A stretch of 64,000 bases of DNA from Eledone cirrhosa (taxonomy: Eukaryota). The stretch's first letter is position 1. Each line of letters begins with the position of its first letter. The position numbers and the translations under genes were made by a program. Below, one piece after another: positions 39,823 through 54,082 of the stretch. The stretch covers positions 242,234,001-242,298,000 of the forward strand of contig OZ024740.1 in assembly GCA_964016885.1 (NCBI GenBank), read 5' to 3'. The notes under the pieces are model-generated. The model did not search any database and was not told where the DNA came from. It saw only the letters and a program-made list of their open reading frames with translations.

Positions 39823-40428
39823 CTAGCATTAAAGCCCGGCGTTGCTCGGGGTCATTAAGTTACCAAAGTTAGGTTGCACCACCCATTTTATGGCAGCACT
39901 TTTTTGTCTGCCAGGCACTGGGTGAATGAATTGCAGACCTGGAAGCAGGAGCTGCGCCAGCAGTGACAATTGTAGTATCGCCTATGGATATTATCTCTGT
40001 GCAAAAAAGGTGTTGAAATTTATTGTTTCACAGTACTTGCGCAACACGCGCGTAGACGATGCCAGCCGAACAACAGAGCTGCGATGGAGTTGTTCTACAT
40101 GGTTGTCTGTGTGTTTTCTAAATTTAAGACAGTAGGGAGTGGTGTGAACGGACAGTATCACCATCAAGCTTGGAAAGAGAAAGTAGCAGAAAGTATGAAG
40201 TTGTATACATTTTGAATGGTAGTAGAAAAAGTTCAGCAGTTTAAATGAGAGAGAAAAATCGTAAAATATTGAGTTTTATCTGTTTTTGAAATTGAAAAAA
40301 TTATCTGCGTCAAGACGCAATCGAAACTATTTCGAATACTGAATTGTAAATTTCAATTGAAGAAATTCTATATCGTAGATTTCTATAACGAAGGAGCATG
40401 ACCACACACTGAGCTTTGTAGATTATGA
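39823..40428 (-). mobile_element. Non-autonomous Helitron
   Basis: Minus-strand 3' end CCCGAGCAACGCCGGG hairpin + CTTTAATG-CTAG|T; candidate A|TC 5' end at ~40422-40428. Confidence 0.7.
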
Positions 40429-40659
40429 TACGTATAATAGCAAAACAATCCACTACTTGATAATAAAACCAAACATTCTATCAACATAGTTTAAAATATT
40501 CACTGCTCCTACCCGACAAAACTCACCTGTTCCGCATTGGGGTGACCTAACACCACACCAAAAAACAGGAAAACAAAACAAAACAAATATATACTAATTA
40601 ATAACATAATTTAAAATATGTATCACTTCTGAAACAATAACATTATATATTTTACCAAA

Positions 40660-40844
40660 GGGCGGTGGATTGGCAGTATTGGTAGAGGGTCGGACGCCAT
40701 GCTTTCCAGCATAGTTACGTCCCTTTACGATCTACGTTCAAATCCCGCCGAGGTTGACTTTGCCTTTCATCCTTACGGGGTCGATAAAATAAAGTACCAG
40801 TAATGCACTGGGTAATTGCTGGCCTTGTGCCTAAAGTAGAAACA
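40660..40844 (+). mobile_element. tRNA-derived SINE with 18-bp TSD
   Basis: ATTATATATTTTACCAAA at 40642-40659 and 40845-40862. Confidence 0.92.
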
Positions 40845-41485
40845 ATTATATATTTTACCAAACGTCATTCAAAAAATTGTCTCTAGAATGCTCATGCATT
40901 ACCTATAACATATAGGATCAGGTATAAGTGAGGGCTTAATAATCTATTGTTTAGACATATAAAGGAGATCTTGGCACCACTATTAATAAAAGTTCATATA
41001 CAGACAGAGAAATAAGGGGAGGAATACGGAAGCATCCAACTATCTCTAAGGTATAATAAATAAGTAGAAAGTATACAATGCAGAAAGTGTACAACTCATC
41101 CATCAACTACCAAGTTAACAAACTACAAGCAGATGTAAACCTTTGATTCATCAATTTACCACCCGTTACTTCCCTGGCCTTTACTAAACTGACTCTAACA
41201 TTTGATTGGTCTATCTTTCTACCACCTAACCCACCCATAAACGCCACTCAAGCTTAAACAAACAAATATACAGACATAAAGCGGCGCATTATAGTCTTTG
41301 AATTCTTCCCAAACAGGTGCATTAATATCCAATGCATGGAAATTGAACAAAGTTGGGCTTTAAGTTCAGTGTAGAGATTATTATGCAACAGGTTAGCACA
41401 TCCGATCTTATCCTTGTGCACCGTAACACGTGTAAGAAGATGAGTAAATGGTTTTTCCTTTATATGTCTTATCCAAATTAATATA

Positions 41486-41783
41486 ATAATTGTTTCTACT
41501 TTTGGCACAAGGCCAGCAATTATCCCAGTGCATAACTGGTACTTTGTTTTATCTACACCGTAAGGATGAAAGGCAAAGTTAACCTCGGCGGGATTTGAAC
41601 TCAGACCGTAAAGGGGCGCAACTCTATGCTACAAAGCAAAGCATCCGACCCTCCACGTATACTGCCAATCAACGGCCAAATTAATATAATAATTGTTTCT
41701 ACTTTTAGCACAAAGCCAACAATTACCCAGTGTATTACTGGTACTTTATTTTATCGACCCCGTAAGGATGAAAGGCAAAGTTA
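41486..41783 (-). mobile_element. SINE inserted at the tail of a truncated SINE
   Basis: Full copy 41486-41675 and partial copy 41690-41783; CCAAATTAATATAATAAT duplicated at 41473 and 41676. Confidence 0.85.
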
Positions 41784-42287
41784 ATAATATCTATGGTATT
41801 TTAATATGAAATATGTTGTATTTTACAGCAAGTCATCATACTATATCATGAGTCGCATATTAAATGCGCACTTAACCAAAACGTTAGCTAAAAACAACAT
41901 TTCATATGATTGGCTGAATCTTAGAGCGTTATTCATAACATTAGATCATGGAATAGAGGTTTCGGTTTACAAACTTATCTACATTTGATACTATTTTATA
42001 GAATGTGATTTACAACAATAATTTGATAATTTCACTGTATTATACAGGTGACAGTTTATAGTAATATTTATATATAATATAGTACAGAGTGACGTTTACA
42101 TAAAATATTCACAACATTCCCCTGATATGATATAGAATGTAGGATGCAGCTAATCAACCTCAAACTATATCTTAAGACATTAAATGCCAATGTAATAAAA
42201 ACTTTTCTGACTATAGCATTTTTTGTAGATACCTTTAGGGGGTCATAACACACTATTCTTTTTATTATTTATTGGTAAATGAGTGCG

Positions 42288-42620
42288 ATGGGTTGGCAGT
42301 ATCGGTAGAGGGTCGGACACCATGCTTTGCAGCATAGAGTTACGTCCCTTTATGGTCTGAGTTCAAATCCTGCCGAGGTTAACTTTGCCTTTCATCCTTA
42401 CAGGGTCGATAGAATAAAGCACCAGTATTGCACTGGGGACGAATTAATCGACTCTCACTCCAAATTGTTGTTCTTGTGCCTAAATCAGAAACCGTTAATA
42501 ATTGGTAAATAAGGGCTGTGGATTGGCAGTTTCGGTAGAGCGTCAGGCAAATATTTTTTTCATCCTTATAGCGTCCTTAAAATAAAGTACCAGTTAAGTA
42601 CTGGAGTCTGGTTAATCGAA
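42288..42620 (+). mobile_element. Two tandem SINE copies
   Basis: Heads at ~42288 and ~42515; the second is internally deleted. Confidence 0.8.
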
Positions 42621-43241
42621 AGAATTATTAAGTGGCAACTTTAAATTTCTACTATTCTTAGTTCTACTTTATTCAGTTGACCATTAGTAAATGTAGCCTT
42701 AAGAAGAAGAAGAAGAAGAAGATATATATCGATTAAATCAACTGTGAAATATATGTAATGCTCATATATATATATGACCATGGGATTTACACCTAGAAAG
42801 TTCCCCTATATATATATATATTCACAGTTGATTAGCTTGAGGTCGTCTTTATCTATGTACTGTATCTGTGTGCAGTATTCTTTTGCTCATCAAAATTATA
42901 TATACATCCCGTAATAGGGTGAAAGCAGAAATTATTTGCTTAAACTTTAATCTGTACTAATATTAAATATATATATGTGTGTGTGTGTGCATGTGTGTGT
43001 GTGTATATGTGTGTGTATTTAATAAACATTGCACCTCAAAAAGAAGAAGAATGAAATATATATATATATTTATTTATATATATATATATATATATAAGGA
43101 AAAGAAATCGAAAATGCAATTGGAGTCTTTTTAAGAATATTCATTTATTTCCTTTACCAGTTTCATAGTTCTTCTCCTTTTCAAAAGTAAGATAGAGGGT
43201 TTGTGGTTTGTCCAAACCACATACCGTCTATCTCAATTTTA

Positions 43242-43277
43242 CTTTTGAAAAGCATAAGAACTGTGAAACCGGTAAAG
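43242..43277 (+). ncRNA. Minimal hammerhead candidate, U3-A8 core, inside foldback 43097-43335
   Basis: ctt-TTGAAAA-gca taagaac tgt-GAAAC-cg-GTA-aag. Confidence 0.6.
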
Positions 43278-43530
43278 GAAATAAATGAATATTCTTAAAA
43301 TGACTCCAGTTGCATTTTCGATTTATTTTCCTTTTTCACCCGTATAGGACATCTCGTCGTTTTTTTCTTTTTCTCTTTTTTCTTTTTCTCTTTTTTCTTT
43401 TTCTCTTTTTTCTTTTTGTCTTTTTTCTTTTTCTCTTTTTCCTTATGCATATTAACGGCTGCTCAGCCGTTAATATGCATAAGGAAAGTATATACTTTCA
43501 AACGTTCAATCGACTGACAGGAAGGTATAG

Positions 43531-43570
43531 AGAGCTGATGACAGCTAATAAGCTAGAAACTAGTTTACCG
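43531..43570 (+). ncRNA. Minimal hammerhead candidate
   Basis: CTGATGA-c agct aata agct a-GAAAC-ta-GTT; stem I disrupted; homolog of 25722-25760. Confidence 0.55.
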
Positions 43571-43689
43571 TTCCTTTATCAGTGTTGAAGATGATCCCCA
43601 GTTGAAGTTGTAAAAAAAGCTGCTTTGACATGGTTTAAATCAGACATGATAGAATTAGGATTTACATACACTGAAAGTTATGCCAACAC

Positions 43690-44180
43690 TACGAAATACC
43701 AACAGAAAAAAGATGGTGTGTCAGAAACGGAGTGAGGATGACAAACCAACCATACTCTGGGATATGCCAATATACACAGAGAGATCAAAGCCAACCGACC
43801 GGATATTACGGTCAAAGATAACAACGAAGGAAAACGTGTCTTTTAATTGATGTATTAATCCCTAAGGACGACAATATATCTATCAAAGAAATGGAGAAAT
43901 TATCCAAATATAAAGATCCCGATATAAATAACCCGAATGTGGACGATGAAAATGAAAACAGAAGCAATACCTGTAATAATAGGTACTCTGGGAATGGTGA
44001 AAAAAGACATACAGACGAATACATAACCAAAACCCCATGACTTACAAATATACACAGCTTATAAAATTAGCACTACTAGGCACTAAATACATATTACGAA
44101 GATTACTCTCAATACAATAGAAACAACGCAATCAAAAACCATACAACACATGTTCAAGGCGAGAGATCACAGCTGCGGTA
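43690..44180 (+). mobile_element. R4/Dong-like RLE non-LTR retrotransposon 3' fragment
   Basis: ILWDMPI..REIKANRPDITVKD..TCLLIDVLIPKDDNISIKEMEKLSKYKD (PD..D, K..KY motifs), frameshifted. Confidence 0.8.
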
Positions 44181-44396
44181 GTTAAAATGTTTCAAGAAAG
44201 AATCTCTGGACACATTTACCAGACAAAACCAACCGACAGGAGACCCAGAGATAGACTACAAGCATGATTGATGGATAACATCGATAAACTCGGTTGTTCT
44301 CGCTTGGAGATCCTGTCAGATCATTTGAAGGCGGTTTCTTCTGACAGGACTCACAGGAAGGAGAGATTGAGGACTCTGCGCCCACGACCCTCTCAG

Positions 44397-44526
44397 GAAG
44401 AAGAAGAAGAAGAAGAAGAAGAAGAAGAAGAAGAAGAAGAAGAAGAAGAAGAAGAAGAAGAAGAAGAAGAAGAAGAAGAAGAAGAAGAAGAAGAAGAAGA
44501 AGAAGAAGAAGAAGAAGAAGAAGAAG
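44397..44526 (+). repeat. Pure (GAA)n, ~43 units
   Basis: Seen directly. Confidence 0.97.
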
Positions 44527-45054
44527 ATTCCCCTAGAGCACCTCACAAACCTGCCTTTCCACCAGTTTCCATATATGCAGTATTAACCAAAGGTGTAATG
44601 AGCATTTTAAGGTATTAATTAACATGTTTTGTGTAGGATGAAAGGAAAAGCATCCTACAGCCTCGGATACTTTCGCTTTAACTCGTGACATCATTTTTAC
44701 CTCACATCTGTCAAATGAATGTCTCCGGTGGTATACCAAAGAATATTCATTGCATAATAGTCCCGTTTTGTTTATGTTTATACAATACATGCTTGTCTTT
44801 CAAACGACCGTGGACATCACTTACCATTAACATTTAATGCAAGAACAGCAATTTCGCCCATGTCAGACTTTATCCGTTTTCTGTTAGACCCTGGTGGTCA
44901 CGTATAAACTACAAAACAGCTAGTCATTTGACACAGCGGCTCAACACGGCCCTTAGCGCCTCATTTTTCTTCTTGCATGCATTATTTAGTTCAATTTTTG
45001 TGCTCTTTCAACATTTTTCCCTGCTGATTCAATAATATTTATCGTCTGACGACT

Positions 45055-45605
45055 AGGAAGGGGGTATTGTAGTGACCTACGTTCTGCGGGCTCACATGCA
45101 TTCTCCGTGCGTTATTTGGCTCAACACAGCCAATGACCGCCAGCGGAGAAGAATGTATCTCTGCGCGCTCTGAGGGAATAATTCCCGCGTCGATTCGAGA
45201 AATCTCTCTCTTGCAACCCGACAGCGAAAAGGTAAACACCTGCTTTTCTTTCGCCGTGAAATCACTAGCCAATATGTAACACAACAATTTAACCACGGCC
45301 TGGCAACACTTCAGCCAGTGGAGCGTGCCTTCTGAAATTCTTTATTCGTTTGTTTTATTTCTCTTGGCATGCCTGCTCTACTCAGCTCTACTCAGCTCTA
45401 CACAGCTCAACCTTTGTTAATAAATAATGTAAAACAAGCTAAAGTCGTTGTCGATATTCCTACCATATCTTTCTACCGAACTGGTTACTCGTGGCGCTAT
45501 AATTATTACAGTACTACTTCTATAACACTGCTAAACTGGTGATTAATAAAACTGCCACAATCTTCTATATGTATAACCACGCTTCCTGTTAAAATTAGTG
45601 ACCTT
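45055..45605 (+). mobile_element. Gypsy 3'-type LTR with polypurine tract
   Basis: AGGAAGGGGG (45055-45064) precedes TGTAGTGACC (45068); alignable with 28729-29289 but clearly diverged. Confidence 0.8.
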
Positions 45606-46257
45606 CGACTTCCCCAATTCAAATTGCTTGTTTTGTGCCAAAATTACTGGGTATGACAGTGTTATATTTTTAGTGTTGTTTTCTCTACTGTATTGAAAAT
45701 ACTGCGAAATACGTGTGCAGTGCATAGTAGTGCCAGTTTATGTGTACTGTATATATTTATAAGTCCTGAGGTTTGGGTTATGTATCTGTCTGTGTGTATT
45801 TTATCATTCCCAGAGCCCCCATTATTATAGGGTTTGTTTCTATTTTCATCATCCACATTCGGGTTATGTTTATTTCCACCATCATCATCATCATTATTAT
45901 TATTGATGTTGTTATCATTGTTGTTGTTACCATCGTCATTAATAGAATCAGGGATGATGAGTTAAACAAATAACTACGATTACAACCATTCATTTCTAAA
46001 GTATAGGTGTGAATAATAGCTGAGTGTGTTATTATAGAACTGTCAAGTGATTTTAGTGACGTATAACACATGTAATAAACTCACATGTAACGATTAGGTT
46101 ATTCCTAAGAGAAAGGCGGAACTACGAAATAAAACATAAAACAGATATGTAACTTGATCAACGTGAAAACCGCTGTAAAAGTAGAAAAATAAATGCATCT
46201 GCCATGTTCTGAGATTTAATTTTAGGCCCTGTCTGACTGTGTGTATTATGAGAGAGG

Positions 46258-46382
<125 letters not shown>

Positions 46383-46689
46383 CATTTAAAATGTAATCCC
46401 ATACCTATACTTCCCCGAACAGATTTCCGAGAAAAAGGGACATTTCAAGTTTCAGAGTCACTGAGATATGAAAGTTAAGTTAAAAATATTACATTGATAT
46501 TTTAATTATTTTACGTTCATTTCCTTTATTTATTTTGTTTCCCAGAGGCACGTGTTGCTGTTATTAAGTCCCTTCCTGCTATGTTCCGAAAATACGGACA
46601 TAAAATGATTCTTTTTTTTTTTTTCAGAAAGAGGTTGATATTCGTTTACTGGGCCAAGTTTTAAAATATTAACCAAATTTTATTAACTC

Positions 46690-47075
46690 CTGTACTTGTG
46701 TGATTGACCCGCTTCGGTTCCGAAGACGAGTGTGCCATAGTGTAACAAGGCTGACTCTTTGAATCAAATATACAATTCATTTTTTCTAGTTGAGTGGACT
46801 AGAGCAATGTGAAATAACCTGTCTTATTCAATGAGACATTGCGTCGCTGAGAATCGAACTCACGATATTACAAAAACTCACAGCCCTAAACCAGACATTC
46901 ATAACTCAAATACTTAGTCTGCAAAGCTTGTTACATACATACATGTGTGCAATGGATCGTCGCAGTTTCCGTCAACTTGTCATTCACTTTGCATTAATTA
47001 CACCGAGTCTATGGTAGAAGACACTTGCTCATGATGTCAGGCACTGGTATTAAAGCTGGAACCACGTAATTAATT
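46690..47075 (-). mobile_element. Old SINE remnants of other families
   Basis: GAATCGAACTCACG (reverse B-box) and GGTAGAAGACACTTGCTCA..GGAACC core-like segment. Confidence 0.5.
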
Positions 47076-47256
47076 TCTTTGCCACAGCGATAAATTATTA
47101 AGTGAAATAAAACATTTCATCTCCGATTATTTGAAGATTTAAAAGAGATATTATAAAATCCTTATCTCGTAGCCTTTAACTTATGATTGAGTTGTAGGGG
47201 TTCATTTAAACCTACCAGAGTACATCCCTCTCCAAGTCTGAACACAGTCGATGTCT

Positions 47257-47295
<39 letters not shown>

Positions 47296-48478
47296 GTTGC
47301 AAGAGAGAAGCGAGAAAAAATAGAAATGAAGAATCATCCCCGTAATAGTACTTTCATTTATTATCGACCTCGAAATGATGAGAAGCAAAATTGACCTGAA
47401 CGGTATTAAGAACTGAGACGTCCAGAAGAATACCAGGAAACACTTTATACAACGTTCTACCAATTCGCCGGCTTAATACAAATTAAATTTCCATCCCTAC
47501 AGTTCCATTATACTTAAAGTTCTTTGTTCAATACTAGTTATTAAAGAGTTTCCTGGATTTGTTAACTTCCTCTGTAATATTGTTCCTCGTGAGCTTATGT
47601 TAAAATATAAATACCTATTGATTACAGAAAAAAAATGCACATATTTTTCTTTCTCCCCACACCACTCTCCCTCGCCCCCTCTCGCTATTTATATATATAA
47701 ATATGTGTGTGTGTGTGTGTGGTTGTGTGTGAGTGTGTTTACACATACATATATTCTGTAAGAGGAGTTATACTTGCCTATATACAAATAACAAACAGGC
47801 ACGAGGGAGAGAGAGAGAGAAAGGGCGAGGAGGATAATCATATAAATACATATATGTAGACATACTCACCCTCTTTAAATGTTCACTCTCTCACGTACGA
47901 ACACCCACATGCACTCAGATAGGTATTGTCGCTTTCTATATTTTTATATATATATATCGTTTTTCTTTTTTTTTTTTACTTGAAAAATAAATAAATAAAA
48001 ACAATGTTTGAAAAAAACAACAATAACAACAACATTAAAAATAAACATTAAGTAGAAAACAAAAAACTATCACAAATAAGTCCTTAGAGAAGCCCTACTG
48101 CAAAATTTACCAAGTGCTGCAAGAATACATACATGTGCAAGGAATATTTCTCCATTTAATATTGGTAGTTAAAGAAAATTGTTAAAAATAGATTTTCCAT
48201 TAACCGTTGTAAATGGATACACATAAGTGACCTTATATATATGATTGAATAAATATAAACAAAAATAGACAAATATATATGAAATATGATCATTGGTTAA
48301 CTGAAAGATTTCACCATGGAAAATTGATGGGGAGGAGTGGATAAAATGTTATCTTTTGTCAAATTTTGACAATTTCAAACAGGGCACGTGTATCAACTTT
48401 CTCTTCGTCTTAACTGCGAATACCGGATATATTCTCTTTAATTACAAGTATGCATCCTCGCATCCTTGTAATGGGAGA

Positions 48479-48512
48479 GGCGACATCTAGTGGTGAACCA
48501 TCTCTATATAAA
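48479..48512 (+). promoter_or_regulatory. CTCF-like motif followed by a TATA box
   Basis: GGCGACATCTAGTGG at 48479-48493; CTATATAAA at ~48504-48512, ~95 nt upstream of the ATG. Confidence 0.5.
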
Positions 48513-48603
48513 CAGGTAATGTTTTCAAAATAAACATTGCAATACACTGGAGACGTCATACTTAAAACACATCGGGTTCTTGTCCTCAATACCAATATCA
48601 ACA

Positions 48604-48648
48604 ATGAAACTTACAGCAATACTTTTAGTTCTCTTACTCTTGGAATTG
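48604..48648 (+). CDS. Probable first coding exon of a host secreted protein (signal peptide MKLTAILLVLLLLEL)
   Basis: acaATGa start context, Lys followed by a hydrophobic core, TTG|GTAAGT phase-0 donor, upstream TATA box; non-repetitive context. Downstream exons not identified. Confidence 0.6.
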
Positions 48649-48947
48649 GTAAGTTTATATAAATTAATTACCCATTCATATTTTCCTTTTATCTCGTTAA
48701 CACTTTTTCATACATTGATTTTTCTTCCTGTTAATTTGAATGTATAACATCACCATTTAACGTCTGTCTTTCGATTCGGTACGGGCATGGCTTCGACGGG
48801 TCACCATAGACCGAGTCAGTACTTAATCGAAATTATTGACCTCTCAGACGGGATGGGCCAACATCTCGCTAGTGAGATTGTGATGCCCTTCACAAAACTA
48901 AAGAGTTCTCTTGACCCTTACATGCAGACGCACACGCACACACGCGT

Positions 48948-49014
<67 letters not shown>

Positions 49015-49094
49015 CATATATATGTGTATATATAGATATATACGCGCGTACATATATATATATATATATACACGCATACGCGCGTACACACATG

Positions 49095-49163
<69 letters not shown>

Positions 49164-49197
49164 ATACATACACATATATATATATATATATATATAC

Positions 49198-49254
<57 letters not shown>

Positions 49255-49380
49255 TATACATATATATACATATATATATATATATACATACATATATATA
49301 TATATATACATACATATATATATATACATACATATACATACATATATATATATATATATTCATACACACACATATATATA

Positions 49381-49431
<51 letters not shown>

Positions 49432-49496
49432 CGAAGGACTAATTTTATCATATGTAACCCATGTGCAACCACGCAGTATTCTTCTTTCTTCTCATG

Positions 49497-49558
<62 letters not shown>

Positions 49559-50054
49559 CGCTTTGGCTTGTGTCAGACGCTGTGACCCCGGCTGGACCAG
49601 CAGTACAGTTGGTAGGGCGAACTGCCAAAGTCCATCTCATCAGCCAACGACCCTGGAGTTCTGTGTCTTTCGATGGTATTTTTATTTCTTTTTAAATATT
49701 TTTTTTTTAAATTTCCCCTTTAAAAAATTGTTTTGGGGGTTTTGCCTCGTTTTCGTTGTTGTCTTGACCTCTCATTGTTAATTTACCTAGGTTTATTATA
49801 TATATATAGCTATATAAATATAGCTATATATAAATATATATATAATGCGGGTAATAATAAATATTAACTAGTTACAAGTATAAAAATAGCTCGATGTAAA
49901 ATAGCAAGTATACTACAGACACCAAATAGTGATTAAATGTTTAAAATGTTAAACACTCTTTGATTGTTATTTACATTGTATTTCGGCTCTGTAGAATACA
50001 TAAACAGACTCATTAGCTGTTTAATGAACACAACCACAAGGATATGGTCCCGAA

Positions 50055-50184
50055 CTCCCACTGTCACCGCCTCCATCTCTCGCACCCTCACCATCTCTCC
50101 GCATGGTGAGCAAATGGGGTCCCACGGGCTGGCCTCCCCACAGACCCGGCGGACAGAATGGAGAAGGCCTTTCCCCGGAGGATC
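50055..50184 (-). mobile_element. CRE-like LINE 3' end
   Basis: Reverse complement of 13952-14080; flanked by AGTGATTAAATGTTT..CTCTTTGATTGT repeats (~49928 and ~50209). Confidence 0.7.
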
Positions 50185-50377
50185 GAGTTATTTTCATATT
50201 GTAACTGAAGTGATTAAATGTTTGAAAGTTTAAGCGCTCTTTGATTGTATATGTATATATAATGTGTATTGATTGGTGACGCGCGTTTCGCTATTGATCA
50301 GCCAAGGTTCGATCTGTATCGATCTGGCCCTCGTTGGACCTCTGCTGTTGTAATGACAGAATGAACATATCCTCGTG

Positions 50378-50560
50378 TATTGACAGTATCAGTAGAGGGT
50401 TGGACGCCATGCTTTCTAGCATAGTTACGTCCCTTTACGATCTGAGTTCAAATCCCGTCGAGGTTAACTTTGCCTTTCATCCTTACGGGGTCGATAAAAT
50501 AAAGTACCAGTAATGTACTGGGTAATTGCTGGCCTTGTGCCTAAAGTAGAAACAATTATT
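50378..50560 (+). mobile_element. tRNA-derived SINE
   Basis: Head, core and tail present. Confidence 0.87.
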
Positions 50561-50662
50561 ATATTACATTCTGACTAGCTCTACACCTTGCCACTGACGT
50601 GAACCTAAACATCGAGTGCTCACCTGGGTGAACCTACAATAACTTCACCTTACACTCCCTGG

Positions 50663-50724
<62 letters not shown>

Positions 50725-50920
50725 TATAAATAAAATAACAGGAGGCTGGACTGGTGTAAATCCTTGAAAAGTTTATTATACTATGATCATTTAAATGACA
50801 GGGTTCCGTATGAATCCGGTGATATCATCAGGTATTCGAAATGTAACAAAGGATATATAAAATCCATGGGTCCGAAATCAGATCTATGTAAAAATTTTAC
50901 AAACTATCAGAGGATTTATC

Positions 50921-50971
<51 letters not shown>

Positions 50972-50985
50972 ATTATATATATATG

Positions 50986-51037
<52 letters not shown>

Positions 51038-51056
51038 CATATATATATAATACACC

Positions 51057-51109
<53 letters not shown>

Positions 51110-51123
51110 ATTATATATATATG

Positions 51124-51191
<68 letters not shown>

Positions 51192-51296
51192 TATATATAT
51201 ACATATATATTATATATATATATATGTATGTGTATTATATATATATGTATATTATATATATATATATATTATATATATTATATATATATATATAAT

Positions 51297-51383
<87 letters not shown>

Positions 51384-51408
51384 CATATATATAATACACA
51401 TACATATA

Positions 51409-51475
<67 letters not shown>

Positions 51476-51491
51476 TTATATGTATGTGTAT

Positions 51492-51535
<44 letters not shown>

Positions 51536-51620
51536 ATACACATACATATATATATATATGTATGTGTATTATATATATGTATATTATATATATATATATA
51601 TATTATATATATATATATAT

Positions 51621-51654
<34 letters not shown>

Positions 51655-51728
51655 ATATATATATAATATATATATATATAATATACATATATATATATAA
51701 TATACATATATATATATAATACAAATAC

Positions 51729-51817
<89 letters not shown>
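50921..51817. repeat. Compound (TA)n array; similar arrays at 48940-49430, 55443-56210, 59550-59840 and 60444-61245
   Basis: Seen directly. Confidence 0.97.
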
Positions 51818-51818
<1 letters not shown>

Positions 51819-52305
51819 TCTGGGTGTCCTGAAGCCACTGACAAATCAAATATCGCTGGAAACCACAATTTATATTTTAGCCCCCACCCAAGACACCAAA
51901 AAATACATAAATATTTCTAAACATTTTTTTTCTGGTTTATTGGTTTGTAAGTCACTAAAATTAACAGACTGCTAATAGCATCCTAAGACATATTTTGGTT
52001 GGTTTGGGGACTCTATAGGCTGGTACTTACAAATGTTCTGCATTGAGGCATTTAAACGCTTACATGCGCTATTACTTATGTATTGGAAATTCATCAAATA
52101 AATCTAGATGCTAATTGTTATTTAGATAATTTTAATTAATTTTTTTTTCAATACATGTTATTCTTTAAAAAGAAGAATGTCAGAAAAAGTAGACAAAATA
52201 AATGTTTTCATTTCTATTTTCTACATTCTGAATCCAAATCGTACCGAGACCAATTTGGCAATTTTTCGTTCTTGGGTTTATTATTGCCAATTGTTATTAT
52301 TGCCA

Positions 52306-52665
52306 GGCGGTGGATTGGCAGTATCAGTAGAGGGTCGGACGCCATGCTTTCCAACATAGTTACGTCCCTTTACGATCTGAGTTCAAATCCCGCCGAGGTT
52401 GACTTTGCCTTTCATCCTTACGGGGTCGATAAAATAAAGTACCAGTAATGCACTGGGTAATTGCTGGCCTTGTGCCTAAAGTAGAAACAATTATTGCCAA
52501 TTCTATACTGAGACCAGGCAGGGAATTGGCAGAGTCGTTAAAACGTCGGATGTGGTATTCGTTCCGGCTATCTGCTCTCTGAGTTCAAATCCCACAGAGG
52601 TCAACTTTGCCTTTCATCCTTTCGAGGTCGATAAAAAAAGTACCAGTCTAGCAATGGGGTCGATT
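52306..52665 (+). mobile_element. Young SINE (TSD ATTATTGCCA) followed by an older SINE
   Basis: 52306-52489 full copy with TSD at 52296 and 52490; 52518-52665 diverged copy. Confidence 0.85.
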
Positions 52666-54039
52666 CTTCCTCTATATCTCTTTCTCATTTCCTCTCTCTC
52701 ACTTTGTCTGGATGAAATCTGCTGTACTCAGACCTGGAGAGGGATGTGCTCTGCCAGGGTTAAAATGCCGAAGAAACGCCGTATATCAACACAGCGCCTC
52801 TACGACTCTATCAGGAGTTCCTGGACCATACCATACTAAGTTGAGGTTAACCGACTATAACTCCCAACTATAATTTGCACAATTGTAAAATCATGCCAAT
52901 GCAGAAAGATGTCATTAATTATCAAGTTAGTGAGGCGATGAATAAACTAAAATGAAAGAACACCGAACTAATTCCTATATATATATTTTTTTAAATCTTC
53001 CAAAGATCAACTTGCAATAATATCAACTTTGGCTTTCATTTTTCCAATATCGACATAATAATCTCTGGAGTCAATCCAGTTGCCTGTCAGACTACCTTCT
53101 TTAAAAAATTGCCATCTTTCCTAATTAGATAAAATGATTGATTATCAATCAATTTTTACAGTAGATTTTGTGAAAATTCGAATATATATTTTACGATATC
53201 TCTTGAATTAATTTAAATATTCAATATCTAGTGTAACATTTACTGATTATAAATATGTCTCCTACTCGCGAGTTAGTCCATCCATATTACTGTGAAGAAA
53301 AATAAGAACAAAACGCTGTCATATTATTTTGAAATATTTGGACTTATAAGACCTCACCCCAGTTAGACATTTTGGCGCCAATTGTTGCACAGCATTTTTA
53401 TAATCCATCATTAGTCCCTTTACTCCCGATGGAACCGAAATGGTGTATCTTGGACATTTAAACCTAGTGAAGCCCAATCCTCTCCTGGATATGTTTATAA
53501 TACTCACATGTAGCAGTTTAGAATTACTCATGTAATGAACAAAGATCCAACTAGACTTTTCAAGTTGTTTTGTATAAAATAAGGCGGTGGATTTCGTCTA
53601 GATATCTAGAACTGCCATCTATATTTATATACATTAAATTGTTATTTTTGATAATGAATATCTCCAACAGAACAGTGTAAAAAAGACAAAAAGAATTTAA
53701 TTGATAACACTACCAACGCATGTCCTTTGTAAAACATGAGATTATATAGAAGTTTTCTCATAGTCCGTTGAGAGCATGAAGCAACATGCATATTTTAAGA
53801 CTTCCTTGTTTGCAAATTTCTCCCAAAACGGTGTTTGGATTCTTTAAAGCTTGTGTGTGTGTGTGCATCATTAGCGTTTATCTGATTGGAAACGGGTTGG
53901 ACTATCCAACGTTTAAAATTCACCCCAGTAATCGACTGGAACTTTATTATATCGACCATAGAACGCAAAGTTTTAAAATTGATGGGATTTAAAACCAGAA
54001 CGTAACTAAATACTGTTCGACGCTCTAACGGTGCTGTGA

Positions 54040-54082
<43 letters not shown>

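Noticed and set aside
44268-44618. Poly-Glu ORF
   Set aside because: Reading of the (GAA)n tract; no other coding or splice evidence.
50273-50305. GAAACGCGCGTC hammerhead-like motif (minus strand)
   Set aside because: Core reads CTGATCA and stem II is missing; at most a dead remnant.
50785-50836. CTGATGA..GGAAC..GTC (minus strand)
   Set aside because: Core mutated and stems pair poorly.
53319-53531. Possible exon of the 48.6-kb gene or a minus-strand exon
   Set aside because: Weak splice signals and no recognisable protein similarity.
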